NCBI GenBank assembly: GCA_002633005.1
Contig: NMRA01000060.1
Span: forward strand, 462,809 to 526,808
Source: Phoronis australis
Lineage: Eukaryota; Animalia; Phoronida
Length of the DNA stretch: 64,000 bases
Direction of reading: 5' to 3'
Below are positions 13,404-25,318 of the stretch, in pieces. Numbering within the stretch: the first letter of the stretch is position 1; every line of letters begins with the position of its first letter. The position numbers were made by a program, and so were the translations under genes. The notes under the pieces were generated by a model. That model was not told the origin of the DNA, did no database searches, and saw only the letters and a program-made list of their open reading frames with translations.

Positions 13404-14529
13404 AAGCCAAAAGTAACAGCCATGAGCTCCAGTCCAACTACATTACAACCACACAAAACAAGAAGTGCAAAATGCCTTAGTACCTGTATATGACTGGATT
13501 TTTGAGACGTGTTGAAAAATCAAACCATAAAAATAACTCAATTATTTGAAACTTCTGTGTCCCAAGGTAGTTCTTGTATCATATAATCGGCACTCTATAT
13601 GAAATTAAACAGTTTGATTGAATCCAATCGGACTGAGGAAAATATAGCAAAACCTGGCTCATTTACAGCACCAACCACTCAAGCTGGAACAACTGTACTG
13701 TTGAACTTTGTCAGAGTTCGGTGGTACAGACAACTTATGCTTGTACAATTGTTACTGTATTCAGTGATTAATATGTCCAAAAACATCACAATTGCTAACT
13801 GTAATAATTGGTAACTTGATAAATTAAAACATCCAAAAAGTAAACTTTTTAAGTGCTAATGATTTTCAATCGTCAAAATAAATTAACACATGATCTAATG
13901 CAAAGCACAATGAAAAGTCAGCCCAGGTCCTATGATCGAAAGTTGCACATGTAAAAATAATTGTTACATGTAACTGAGCATCGACTAAAATGAAAAAAAA
14001 ACGGAAACACGATCAATTGACAGAAACTAAACTGTATGTTACTATACTAGGCAACACCATACCAAAATGCAGTTGTTCATTGTTACAAATTCTACACAGA
14101 CATGAGGCAGTAGCAGTACAACTGTATCACTTCCCAAATCTCGTCATGACCACATCCAAAAACTCGTATAGTCTTGTATTGACTGTACTATACATTTTTA
14201 TTTACACAAGACGACCAATCTGGGTCTGAAAAAGTTTACAAAATGCCCCAGAGCAGTGGTGCTACAACCTGGTGTGACCTATGCTAATTGTGCATTTAAA
14301 ATACCTTTCAAATACCTGCCCTCATGTAGAAGTAACACCTGAAGGAAACCTTTGGTTTACTTCTACAGGCTGTATCTAGCAGAGGCTCCAACCAAACTTC
14401 TTCTAATGAAATAATTACAATTTCATTACAATGTGTGTATATATGAAATTAACAAGGATTACAGTTGAACAATGTACAAAAAGGTCGGGGCATACAGTGC
14501 AGAGAAGTGAGTCAGTTATTGAGCAACAG

Positions 14530-14702
14530 TTAGTAAGAGAATCGCATTTCCTTGTTGTATCCTATCTTGTCAAGGTTTGGTAAACAAGCATATTCAATCA
14601 TGGGTGGTGGGCCACACATAAAGATAAGCACGTCTTTTCCAGGAGGCGGCAAGTGCTCTCGAATCATCTCTTCATTCACAAAACCTTTGCTGTAACCCCA
14701 AT
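14530..14702 (-). CDS. CYB5R3: NADH-cytochrome b5 reductase, last coding exon
   Basis: Encodes [48 protein letters not shown]...Y*, including the CGPPPM NADH-binding motif. Acceptor ttttacag; 173 nt; TAA at 14530-14532. Confidence 0.95.
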
Positions 14703-15054
14703 CTGTAAAACAAAAACACATTTTCAGACAAACCAATGCCATTGGACTATTTTCGTTTGCTCTTTAGTGTTTCAACATGAAGCTTTTAAAGAAAATAGAA
14801 TGCTCTGTTTTTACAGGACAGTTGGGTACTTAAGAGTTATAAAAAGTAACCAGAGAATTGTTTAAAAGGGACATCTGAAAGCATGTGCATCATTTTCAAG
14901 AATGGGGATGCATGTAAAATCAGAATTCCATCTGCCAAGGTATGGTTTCCCAAAATAGACATTGTGAGGTGATAAAACTTCGCAAGACAGTGATTTTATA
15001 AGAGAAAGAGGTCCAATCAATTTTTAGACAGCTTTATAAGAGGAAAGGCAGTTT

Positions 15055-17040
15055 AACAAGAGCACTGCAGAGCATTGAGAAATTTAATAAAAATAGCCAC
15101 TGGATGGTGCAGAACACATCCAAACCATTTGAAAATGGAAAGGTGTCAAATTTCATGAAAATACATCAATGCACTTCAGAGGAAAACATGAAAAAATTGC
15201 CATTAAGACCAACAGCGATACTTCGATCAATCCACACATTGTCAACTTAACAGGAATTGACGTGTCAAATTTCCAAAAGACTGCAAGGGGTTTAGGAGAT
15301 ATGTCATTAGGGAGCACACATCAGTATTTAGAGGTGTCTGAAAATCCAATAAGTCATGCTCTTGTCAGTAGGAACACATGATCCTTTAAGTGGTTCGACA
15401 GATAAAGTGCCAGATGCCAAAAAATGGACTGAAAATCAAAAAAATCACCAGAAAGAGGAGAATAAGCCAAATCCACCCGAAAGTGAAAAGGTATCATTAA
15501 TTGTTTATATGTGTTTGCCAGATTTTGTGAAAATCCATCAATGAACTGGAAAGATACAGAGACAAATAAAAATAAAATTGCCACTAGAGGATGCAGTGGT
15601 AGTCGCATCCATTTGAAACTTGTCAGCTGTTGTCAGATTCACAGATTAATACATACCTGCCAAATATCACAAAGATCATGCAAAGAGATCAGATATAAAA
15701 GCGGATGCAAAAAATCGCCAATTAGAGGTCCAGAGTAGTCGAACCTGTCCGAAAATCAGTGTTAGTTGTAGTCTACTCTCCAGGAACACATCACCAATTT
15801 TCCTGATGATCCTTTCAGTGGTTTGACAGATATAGGGGCGGACACCAAAACACAGACTCGAAAATTTAAAAAATGGCCACTAAGTGGCACAGAATATGTC
15901 AATCCAAAAATGCCTCCTTAACAGAAACCTATTTGCACAATTTCATGAAATCGTGTGAAGGTGGTCTGAAGACACACTGATTAACGATGAAAAAAATTGC
16001 CTCTAGGGGGCACAACAGTAGTCATATCGATCCAAAAGTCATAGTCATCATTTATCACATTCACAGAAAACCACTTTTATAATAACAAATTTCACAAAGA
16101 TCCTGCAAAGGGTGAAGGACATGAAAAGAAGCCTAAGCTGACACCCTCATCGGTTTCAGTTTGGACAATTCCACCGGAACCATAAAATCTGCCCCCATCT
16201 TCCAGGAAACCATCCAGCCTCAGCTGATGTTGATCTCTGGAGATCATCTTCAATGGATTATCAGTCATGACATTGCCCGCCATAAAAACAGTCATAAACA
16301 ATGTATAAAATTTTCGTTTCGAAAGTTTTTAAGACAGCATATACGAATAGTTCGTGAAAAGTACATGTGCTCACTAGATAGGCTTTTGGATTTTGAAAAT
16401 GGGACAAGACATGCGACTTTTATAACCTAAAACTAGATAGTCCACAGCAATAATCTGCTTCATTAATTGTGCTGGGAATGCAACATAATGTGCCAATTAC
16501 AAAAGGTCATAAAACAGATGTTGGATATTGAGGGAAGCCAAGTGCCATCGTACAATTCTGGGCATGGATATGAAGCCATGAAACAACAAAATTGCCACTA
16601 GGGGACAACATATAAGTCAGACCTGTACGAAAATCAATGTCAGCCATCAGCTCAGCAGGAACACATCTGACAATTTTCATAACGATTCTTTAAGCGGCTT
16701 GGCAGAGAAAGAGGAGAATGCCAAAAATAAAAATGGCCACTAGGAGGAGCAGAATTCGTCACAACAGTCCAAAAACGGGAAGGCATCATCGTCTCCTTAA
16801 TAGAAACCTATTTTCCAAAGTTCAAGAATATCCATCAAGGGACTTTTACCATAGAGAAGCAAACACAAAACACTAACATTATTACCATTAGGGGCCACAG
16901 CTGTCGTCGGAATTTTTTTAAAATCGTCAACTCCACAGGAACACATCTGAATGGGTTTTGAAGATACAGCAGCAGACTCAGAACCCAGCCAGAGATGAGG
17001 GCAATATGCGACCACATTACAATATGTGGGTGCATAGAAA
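15055..17040 (-). mobile_element. Helentron/HINE-like element, copy 2, filling most of the last CYB5R intron
   Basis: On the - strand the 5' end tttctatgcacccacatattgtaatgtggtcgcat and the 3' end gcagtgctcttgtt match the termini of the 11647-12891 element. The same gccactag/aaattgcc core subunits recur throughout. Confidence 0.65.
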
Positions 17041-17082
17041 TGACTTCTATTCTGCCTGTACCCGATATCTAGATAGACCTAC

Positions 17083-17182
17083 CATCACCCGCCCTATCGA
17101 GAGTGTACCACAACTTGAAGCGGTCAGGATAACTCTGGGCTATATCCTCAAGCTCAGTCCGCAGTAGGATGTCCTCCTCAGT
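17083..17182 (-). CDS. CYB5R3: NADH-cytochrome b5 reductase exon ([33 protein letters not shown])
   Basis: 100 nt, ttacag acceptor, gtaggt donor, phases compatible with neighbours. Typical TExDILLR...LWYTLDR segment. Confidence 0.95.
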
Positions 17183-17783
17183 CTGTAACAAACACAAAAC
17201 ACTGCACATATATAAGTGTGACAATGTCCACCTAAACACGGGTTTCATGTACAAACATATGCTTAATATCCACATTTCTCTGATGTATCTGTGCTCAAAT
17301 CCTGAGTTGTGACAACTCCTACAAACAGTGCCTAGCCATTCTTTATTATACCATAAGCCATGATGGAAAAACAAGCAACAGTGACGACTTTTCAAACTAA
17401 ATACAATGGAGGATGTGATTGGTTGTCCAGATTCTACATAGTTTGTATCCACCAATAAATGCTTGAAATTCAAAATCAGCTTATTATTAACATATTGCCA
17501 TACAGTCTATGCGGATGTTCTGATTTGACAGCTAACCATCAGGTAGGGTTGTTTTTTTAGTATTTTCAGTGTAAAATTGGTGATTTTAAGCACTTTAAAG
17601 AAAATTTGCTACCGTCGTTTACAAATTATGTATTACTTATTAAAAATTGGGATACAAGATACTGACTGTATGTGGAGCATGCGAATTGCTTGACACATGT
17701 TGCATTATGTGTAAATAACTTAGAAGGAAAGTGGTGCAGCTGTACTATTTCATGAGGTCTATTGTACAATACATATAACTAAC

Positions 17784-17953
17784 CTGGTTGGCAAACAACA
17801 GGTGGAGCTCTGTCTTGTCCTCTGGATCCTTAAACACCTGCCTGACAAGTTGTAACATGGGCGTGATCCCTGTGCCTCCGGAGATCATGCCCACTTTGGT
17901 AGCATGTCGCCGCACTGGCTTGGATTTCTTGTCCGCGCTGATAGCAAATGTCC
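17784..17953 (-). CDS. CYB5R3: NADH-cytochrome b5 reductase exon ([10 protein letters not shown]...[14 protein letters not shown]...LLFANQ)
   Basis: 170 nt with the GGTGITP nucleotide-binding motif. ctgcag acceptor and gttagt donor. Confidence 0.95.
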
Positions 17954-20499
17954 CTGCAGTAAAAAATGATAGCAATTTAATCAACTGTGCTTTTGTATGC
18001 AATTAAAATTTCATAAGTGACCAACGAGCATTGGGTCAAAATTGACAACAGCAACACTCAAAAGGTTTTTGTATTTACCAATTGAAAATACTTAGCTAAC
18101 ACTTGCCTATTAGTAATTATCTTAGAGACATGCTTTCAAGTGTGAATTCTACAAATTATGTTTTGAGAAGTAAATACCTTACACCATCCAGTCAATAGAA
18201 CACCTGTAAACAACACCCTGACACTATGGTGTTCTGTTCAAGATTACTATGGTAACAATTACCTTTTGTTGAATGTTCTGTGTTCTAGCAAAGATGCAAT
18301 GAGACACGAAAAAGCAATTATGTGCATTGTTTGATATTCCTACTTTTGTGAGATTGAATTGTATTAAGTGTCTTGCTAAAGTAACTGTAGGAGGTTATGG
18401 ATAGGCCAGTTCATCAGGATTGATGACATTCGACATTCTCCTTTACCTACTGTACATCAGTTAGTGCAATCAAACCTATCAGCTTATTAGTCAAGCTGTT
18501 ATCTATAAGGAAATGGAATTATGATTCATAAATTGCAATATCACCAAGAAACAAGATCATACAAGAACAATGCAAAATGTTATATTTCAAGGGGTGCTCA
18601 TCAGTTTGATGCGGGGTGCAAGGAGACAAAAAGTGTAGGTACCTCACCTTTTAAAACTAACGTCACATCAAAAAGTTTCAAAATTTGCAACAAAACTGCC
18701 ACAAGGGGACACAGCACTGGCAAATTAGCTTTAGTCTGCTTCTTTTCACCAAGAGCAACCATGAGGTTTGGCAGATACAAAGCTAGAAACAAACTGATAT
18801 CTGCTGAAATCTGGAAACCGCCACCGTCACCAAAATGAAACAGTCACAGCATGGAGTGCTCCAGATGTCAAATCCACCCGAAAATTGTCATATTCTTGTC
18901 TTCAGTTTCATTGAAATCTGTCTACAAATTCTCTAGACATTATTCAGGGTAGGGCCGCATTGAAAAGTGGCATCTCCCGCGGAAAAGTGTTCTCAAAGAA
19001 TGGCTGAATCACTGAATTTTCATATAAACTTAATGTGCAAACAAATTTAATAGTATCATAAAAGATGAAATGACATACAATAACTCCTAGCGAACTCTGA
19101 AAAGGGACCCCAAAATTTTAGACCTAGTACAGAGTCCTTGTCCATTTGGCATGATACTGATACCTCAACACAACTGGAGAATACAGTAAAATCTTACCAA
19201 TTTAGAACACAATATGGCGAGCGGATGTAATTTTATTTTCTCATTTGTCCAGAAATGATGCTCAGTCCCAAAATGATGCTTTCCCATTTTCAAGTTCTTT
19301 ACAATTAGCTACCAACAGAAAATATCTTAAAAAATTGTGACCATTCACAACAGTGTTTTTTAAGCCCTTGAAAAGTGAAGGAAGTGCTATTTTTGGCATT
19401 TATTTTTGTCCAAAATTGATGAGATTTTACTGTACTAAGAAACCTGGCTCCTGCATCACCATTTTCCAAGTTCCAACAACTCACTGATATGCCTCTTCCT
19501 CCTTTACACACCGACACATCATTCGAGCCTCTTATGTCAATATAAAGCTAAATATTTAAGTTTGGGACATCACGATATGCCTCTGCCTTAAAGTCCTTCT
19601 CTCACGCGTTCTTAACCCTTATTACATGGTTAGAAGATGTTATAAGGATCCAAGAAGTACCTACCCCATAACTAATACACGATCCGTACTCGAAAACAGT
19701 TTAAATGAACGCGCCACTCACGATTCGCACCCGAAGAAACACCGCCATTTTGAACTTGCCGCGAACCCGAAGTACAATTCATTCAGGAACCCAGGCCGAG
19801 AAAACGCCGTCAGTGCGACTGGAGCAGTGCCTGTACTGTAACCAGCCAGCAAACGGGGATAAAATGATCGACAGCGCGCCTTAATTTTAATAAAATCAAA
19901 CCACAGACAATTTTATCGAATTTGCTGAAGAAATGTGGCGAATAAATTTTGACAGAAATTATTTTGCCAGACTCGGGACCGCAGCCTATCGGACCCGGTG
20001 CGGATCGAGACCAGACACTGGCGAACGGTAAATGCATGCGGTTGCAAGCTGTTTTGTCGAAGTAAAATGGTCAAATGATAAATGCTGCATATATTCAAGG
20101 GTAGTTTCAGATACTTGCATGAAATTACGGGCTGGTTAGTCCTGTGTAACACTGCCGCGGCAGACTTTAGTTAGCCTCAGTCACCAGCAACCAGTGAAGA
20201 CTATAGTCAAAATACAGCTTGTTAGTAGGCCTATACAGGCGTGCGTTCAGTAGACGCTAGGACCTACGCTAGGACCTAGCTAAAACCTAGTCAAAGTCAC
20301 GTGTTCTTATTCAAAATACACGGCGAAATCTCACGTATTCTCGCGAAGTCTTGCTTTTTAGCGAGGTCCTAGCGTTACTGAACGGGAGGCAGCTTTGCGC
20401 CAAGACTACCCTTAGGCCTAACTGGTCGCTGGCCACAAACACAAAAAACACGAAAATTGAACAAAGTTTCTTTTTTGTAGCAACGTTTGTCAAAATGTA

Positions 20500-20975
20500 T
20501 CAACGTTAAATCTTCACAAATTACAAAGTAGCCGATTGAACATGCCTTTCAGTTCAGCAAAAGTCGACATTGTAGGTGCCGCCAGAAATGAGACGAAGTC
20601 CAACGGGAATTGTGAGCACATTTATCACTTAATGAGTAACAACTGCGAGGCTGAAATTTGGTGAACACTGCTAAATCGTGCAGAATAGTAAGTAAAGATA
20701 TGTCTAACTAAATTTCACCGTAATTTGTTGGCGAAAACAATTTACACAAAGTTTTAAACTCGTAACTCATCCCGCTGTCCTCCAATATGGCCGACGCGAT
20801 CCAAACAAAGTGACCCAAATTTCGCCACAAAACTTGCAATAACTTTACAGTGCTTGCCCCGATTTTGATACTTTTTCGATTTTTACTGAGTAGAATGTAC
20901 TACCTTTCCGATGATAGCAAAGTACTTTTTCAAAACGAGGAAAAAAATAAAACTGAAAAAAATAGGTTCGACCCA
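20500..20975 (+). repeat. Diverged interspersed repeat (transposon relic) in the long CYB5R intron
   Basis: Colinear similarity with ~35255-35690 (gtagccgattgaaca..cttt..ttcag..aaaagtcg, gattttgata.ttttt, ggttcgacc). Boundaries are approximate. Confidence 0.55.
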
Positions 20976-21502
20976 TATTGGTTCCTAGGTTCGACCGGCC
21001 TACGTAAGGAACTAAACGCCAATGCTATTTTAACATACTAAGTACGCGTAACATTCCAAAAAAAATCAACGACCACAAACTACAAACTATAAATACACTA
21101 CATATGCAAACGAATCACGATATATTACTAATAAAACAAAATAATGAAGACTTTTCGAGCAAGCCATAGCACATTCAGTTACAAGGAAAAAATGGCGGCG
21201 TTCAGGACAAGTTCCTGAACTGATGAGCCGGAAATGTGGGTACGGAAATAACCGATGACAACCGGTAATCATACGCTCAGAGAAAAGGGTCAAATACGGT
21301 TGAAAAATCGCTTTTGGCAAGAAAGGCGAAAAGAATGTAAAGAAAGGGTGTCGAAAATAAGATTTTATGTAGTAAGTATTTTCGGATACTAGAACCACAT
21401 GGGCAGTTTGCAACAAGGACTTTAATAGACCAACAGGCCACTAGGGCCTCCAATGTCAACCATAGCCCCCTTTCTCCATATCGGGACACTGCGTAGACTC
21501 AC

Positions 21503-21632
21503 CTCTGCCTTCGTAGACCAACAGGCCATTAGGACCCCTTACATCAATATAGTCTCCAATACTCATGTTCTCTAAATGTTGGGACATCTTGCCTCCATTA
21601 GGGAACTTGGGATGAACGTCTTTGAAATAAAC
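21503..21632 (-). CDS. CYB5R3: NADH-cytochrome b5 reductase exon ([44 protein letters not shown])
   Basis: 130 nt, absent from the ORF track and translated by hand. GGKMS FAD-binding motif; ttgtag acceptor, gtgagt donor. Confidence 0.95.
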
Positions 21633-21777
21633 CTACAAAGAAAAATTTATTAATGTTTCGATATTTAAAAGTCCAATACTAAGTGTCATTGCATTGAAAA
21701 TACATTAGATTGAGAATTGTAAGCTGCAACACTCAATAACCACAACAACAGTTACGCATCGGTACTAGAATGGTTAC

Positions 21778-21884
21778 CTTGACAACTAGGTCCATATATC
21801 CCTTGTCATCATCACTAGATACAGGAGTATAGGCCCGAATAACCAGTGAGCCATCAATGCGGGCGGTGAGGAAAATGTGCTGAC
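21778..21884 (-). CDS. CYB5R3: NADH-cytochrome b5 reductase exon ([36 protein letters not shown])
   Basis: 107 nt with the RxYTPxS FAD-binding motif. ttgcag acceptor, gtaacc donor. Confidence 0.95.
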
Positions 21885-22589
21885 CTGCAAAACAAGAGTC
21901 ATAAGAGATCCGTCCTGAATTCAACTCTCCTCTTTTGCAGAGGAACACAAATGCACTTGACGACTAGTCTACTTTTTCAAAATGTTAGGAACACTCCTCA
22001 GTCGATTAACAAGAGAGGAACAATATATTGTGTGCATCTTGGTGTCACCAACTAAAATGCAATAATACAATTCTAATAACATTGCAACGATGAATTACAT
22101 GATAATAATTGGGATTGTTATTGGAGAGTGGCCAGTATGCTTGCATGTTAAGAAAAAAGACAAGTGCACGCCAAGTGTCAAGTGTTGCATTACAGGTGAA
22201 TATCCTTAGAACGAGAGAGGTGGTATGTCATATTGGGATGGGCCAATCGACAGATAGTGTACACTTGAGGGGTGTTAGGCCATGGATACATAAATCAGTA
22301 AGAGACTTGCTGAGTGGGTAATGACAAGACATTGAAAGTTGTAACATACCTGAAAACTTCAATTACCGCATATATGCACATCTTTGTAATTAGTAACAAA
22401 GTTATAATCAAAGAACCTTGCTCCAGTTTCCTAGGCTGTGCATAAGATCGACTTTCTTAGTATCATATTCTACCAATACGAATATAGAGACACGCTATGA
22501 TGGTTGCAGTAAGGGTTGAATTTCATCTTGTCGCATCGCTGAGTTCATGACATTTATTTGACAGATAAGTCTTCCATCCGTGCTCCTTA

Positions 22590-22733
<144 letters not shown>

Positions 22734-23131
22734 CTACAAAGAGACAATGGACGTAGAGAAAGCAGTTCAAGGACAAAGGTTAGCATAAGAATTTTTATGA
22801 ATAACCGAACTTATTAAGTCACCTGTGTGGAGTGAGCCGACTCTATAGGAAGACAAGGTGCTGAGTGTCGGTTCCACCCACTAGTCGTCTCAAGAAGTAG
22901 GTAGCATATCACTGACCAACTATTTTTTAGAATCGTTTGCAAAGTATGGAAAACTCACTGAATCAAAATAAGAAGTCTGGGGAATCAATTTCTTCATTTT
23001 GTTTACCGAAATGAGAGTTCTGTTGGACTCTTAATCTCTACCACTACATAATGCTGCTACCCTAGAACGATTTTAACACACTGTAGATCCTGTGCCATGC
23101 CTCACTGTAGAAAAAATGAAAAGAAATTCAC

Positions 23132-23281
23132 CTCTTTGTCAACCAGTTTCAGTTTATATTTCCTTGTGGGGTCCTCCAGGGTCTTCGGTGGTGACTTGGA
23201 TGACTTTTTTCTGTCCAGTACAAATTTGACCAGTACTACTGACACAACAACTGCAGCAACCCCTACGACCACCGAGGTCAA
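23132..23281 (-). CDS. CYB5R3: NADH-cytochrome b5 reductase exon 2 (N-terminal membrane anchor plus start of the FAD domain)
   Basis: 150 nt encoding LTSVVVGVAAVVVSVVLVKFVL (hydrophobic anchor)...TLEDPTRKYKLKLVDKE. ttgcag acceptor, gtgaat donor. The seven exons from 23281 to 14530 sum to 903 nt and splice in frame. Confidence 0.92.
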
Positions 23282-24612
23282 CTGCAACAGAAAGGTCAAT
23301 CATGTATTCATCCATAAAAAATAATATCGCAACCCCTGCAACCACCGGGGTCAACTGCAATTTAAGAATAGTGAATTTGCACTAATTAAAACAAAGGTTT
23401 TTTATTATTCGTGTATGAATGACCATTACGCAATCTAGTTTAATATGTAGTAAAGTAAAACGTGTACATGCATCGAGCGGGCCACTTACGCAAAACAATT
23501 GAAAGCCAAAAGATAAAAAATTTGTTAGTTAACTCACTATCGATAATGCCATCAAATCAACATACTGAGCAAAATGCGCCATGACTATGTAATGAATTGC
23601 ATGAAATATTTTTATTATAATAGTGGATTTATAATTTGACATTCAGTCGCATTATGTCAGATATACACTGTACACTGTGTATGATTTCTCACTTCTTTTT
23701 ATACTACGCACAGGGTCAGATAGGCCCCTACGAGTCCTATGGCAACAGTTTGATTTGTGTCGAAACACGCATTCCACCACAGTCCCGCTTTCCTTTAGAC
23801 ACATGGGATTGCTGGGGTTCGTTCCACAAAATAAACTTAAGACAGATACTTGTTCTTACGCTCCCATTCCACAATTGCAGTATAGTTTTAGTCAAGCAAT
23901 TATGAGCGCATCACAGTCAAAAAATAATTTGAATAAATTATCTGTCACTAACTAGCAGTAACGTGTACACTCATATGAGGTTTAACTATTTTTAGAAATC
24001 GTTACGTGCAGCACAAGATCGAATTTTTTATTCAAATTACAAGTCACTTCATGACACTGGTCCAAGGGCTTTACTTCTCTACTTCTCACTTGTATATATA
24101 TATTTCTTTTTGAAAAACATAAACAATGTTGACACATGTGTACACGACGGAATAATTCTATTGCCTTCGCAATATGCCAGATCACAAAGCACGTGAATTC
24201 TGCGTGCATTTATCCCAAATTCCGGCATTGGCAAAGAAAACTGATCATAACCATTTGACGAGACAGACAGGTGACTATTATCATAGTGAAGAATTACCCT
24301 ACGACTAACGTGTGCCCAAAGTACCACAGGTATTGAGGTACAAATAAGCCCGTATAAGGGGATGGGGACGTAAGATTCCATTCAGTGACTGAAGTCCTGC
24401 ATCTGCAAGATGCGGTGGGTTACTGCGGATGGCCACATTACAAGAATGCATCGGTTGCGTTTACGTTTTAGCTTGACATTGGATTTACGGCAGTGATAAG
24501 CTGTCTGCTGTCTGTGAGTGGAATGTGTCTGAGCATTTGGTTATTACAACTGCTAATTATACATTACCTTATGTTGACCACAACAGTATATTTTTGGGCA
24601 AAATCGACTTAC

Positions 24613-24651
24613 ACTTGGCAAAAAAGCCTAAATATCCATAAATTGCTCCAT
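24613..24651 (-). CDS. CYB5R3: Candidate first coding exon of CYB5R (MEQFMDI*AFLPS as assembled, with an in-frame TAG)
   Basis: ATG lies exactly 13 codons before a consensus gtaagt donor, giving the phase 0 that exon 2 needs. A TAG at 24628-24630 sits between two T homopolymers. Confidence 0.4.
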
Positions 24652-24980
24652 TGAAGAACCGCACAGTTTGAGGCCTGGCTAAACAATGACCAGCAGAGAC
24701 GATGGAGCTCCTATAGGAGCTTCATACGCTAGAAGCTTTTCGGCGAATTACGGTGCATGCCTCACACTGACTAAAACATGAAAGTCACATTGTTATAAAT
24801 ACCTTTTGCGTATAGAGAGACACCTTAGGAGGTCGTCGATGTATTTAATTTCTTCCAACTCCACAACAAATACTCCCGTTATCAAACTTTTTTTTGAGCA
24901 ATCCCTCATTCAGTTCCCAAAATCGGTAACTTCCCATTTTTTAAACTGTGTGCGGCAGGTGACATAATTAATTTCTACGA

Positions 24981-25050
24981 TAGGCAATGACCATCGCCTC
25001 TGTTGGTCCGAACCAGAGGCGATGCAGACAGAGGCGATGGTCATTGCCTA
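24981..25050. repeat. Perfect 23-bp inverted repeat (hairpin or tiny MITE) upstream of CYB5R
   Basis: TAGGCAATGACCATCGCCTCTGT (24981-25003) and ACAGAGGCGATGGTCATTGCCTA (25028-25050), with a 24-nt spacer. Confidence 0.9.
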
Positions 25051-25318
25051 GGCTATGCCTACGGTACTTGTATTTTATGTGCACATTCACCCAATGTGGG
25101 GTTTCTCTTGGGAACAAACTTCCTGAAAACTGTCAGATGCTGTCAACAACGAAATGTGTAAAATTGCTGACATTTATGGAAAATTATGAAATTCAGAAAA
25201 CAAAAAACTCGTACCGTAACCTGCTCCATTCTTGATAACATTTGATCACGCCAGCACCTACAAAATAGGTCACACGTGGTATAAGCATTTAACGCATAGT
25301 GGCGCTACGCTACACTCT

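Noticed and set aside
20960-21000. GGTTCGA B-box-like motifs suggesting a tRNA or SINE
   Set aside because: No A-box or cloverleaf. The motif falls at the end of an interspersed repeat also present near 35680.
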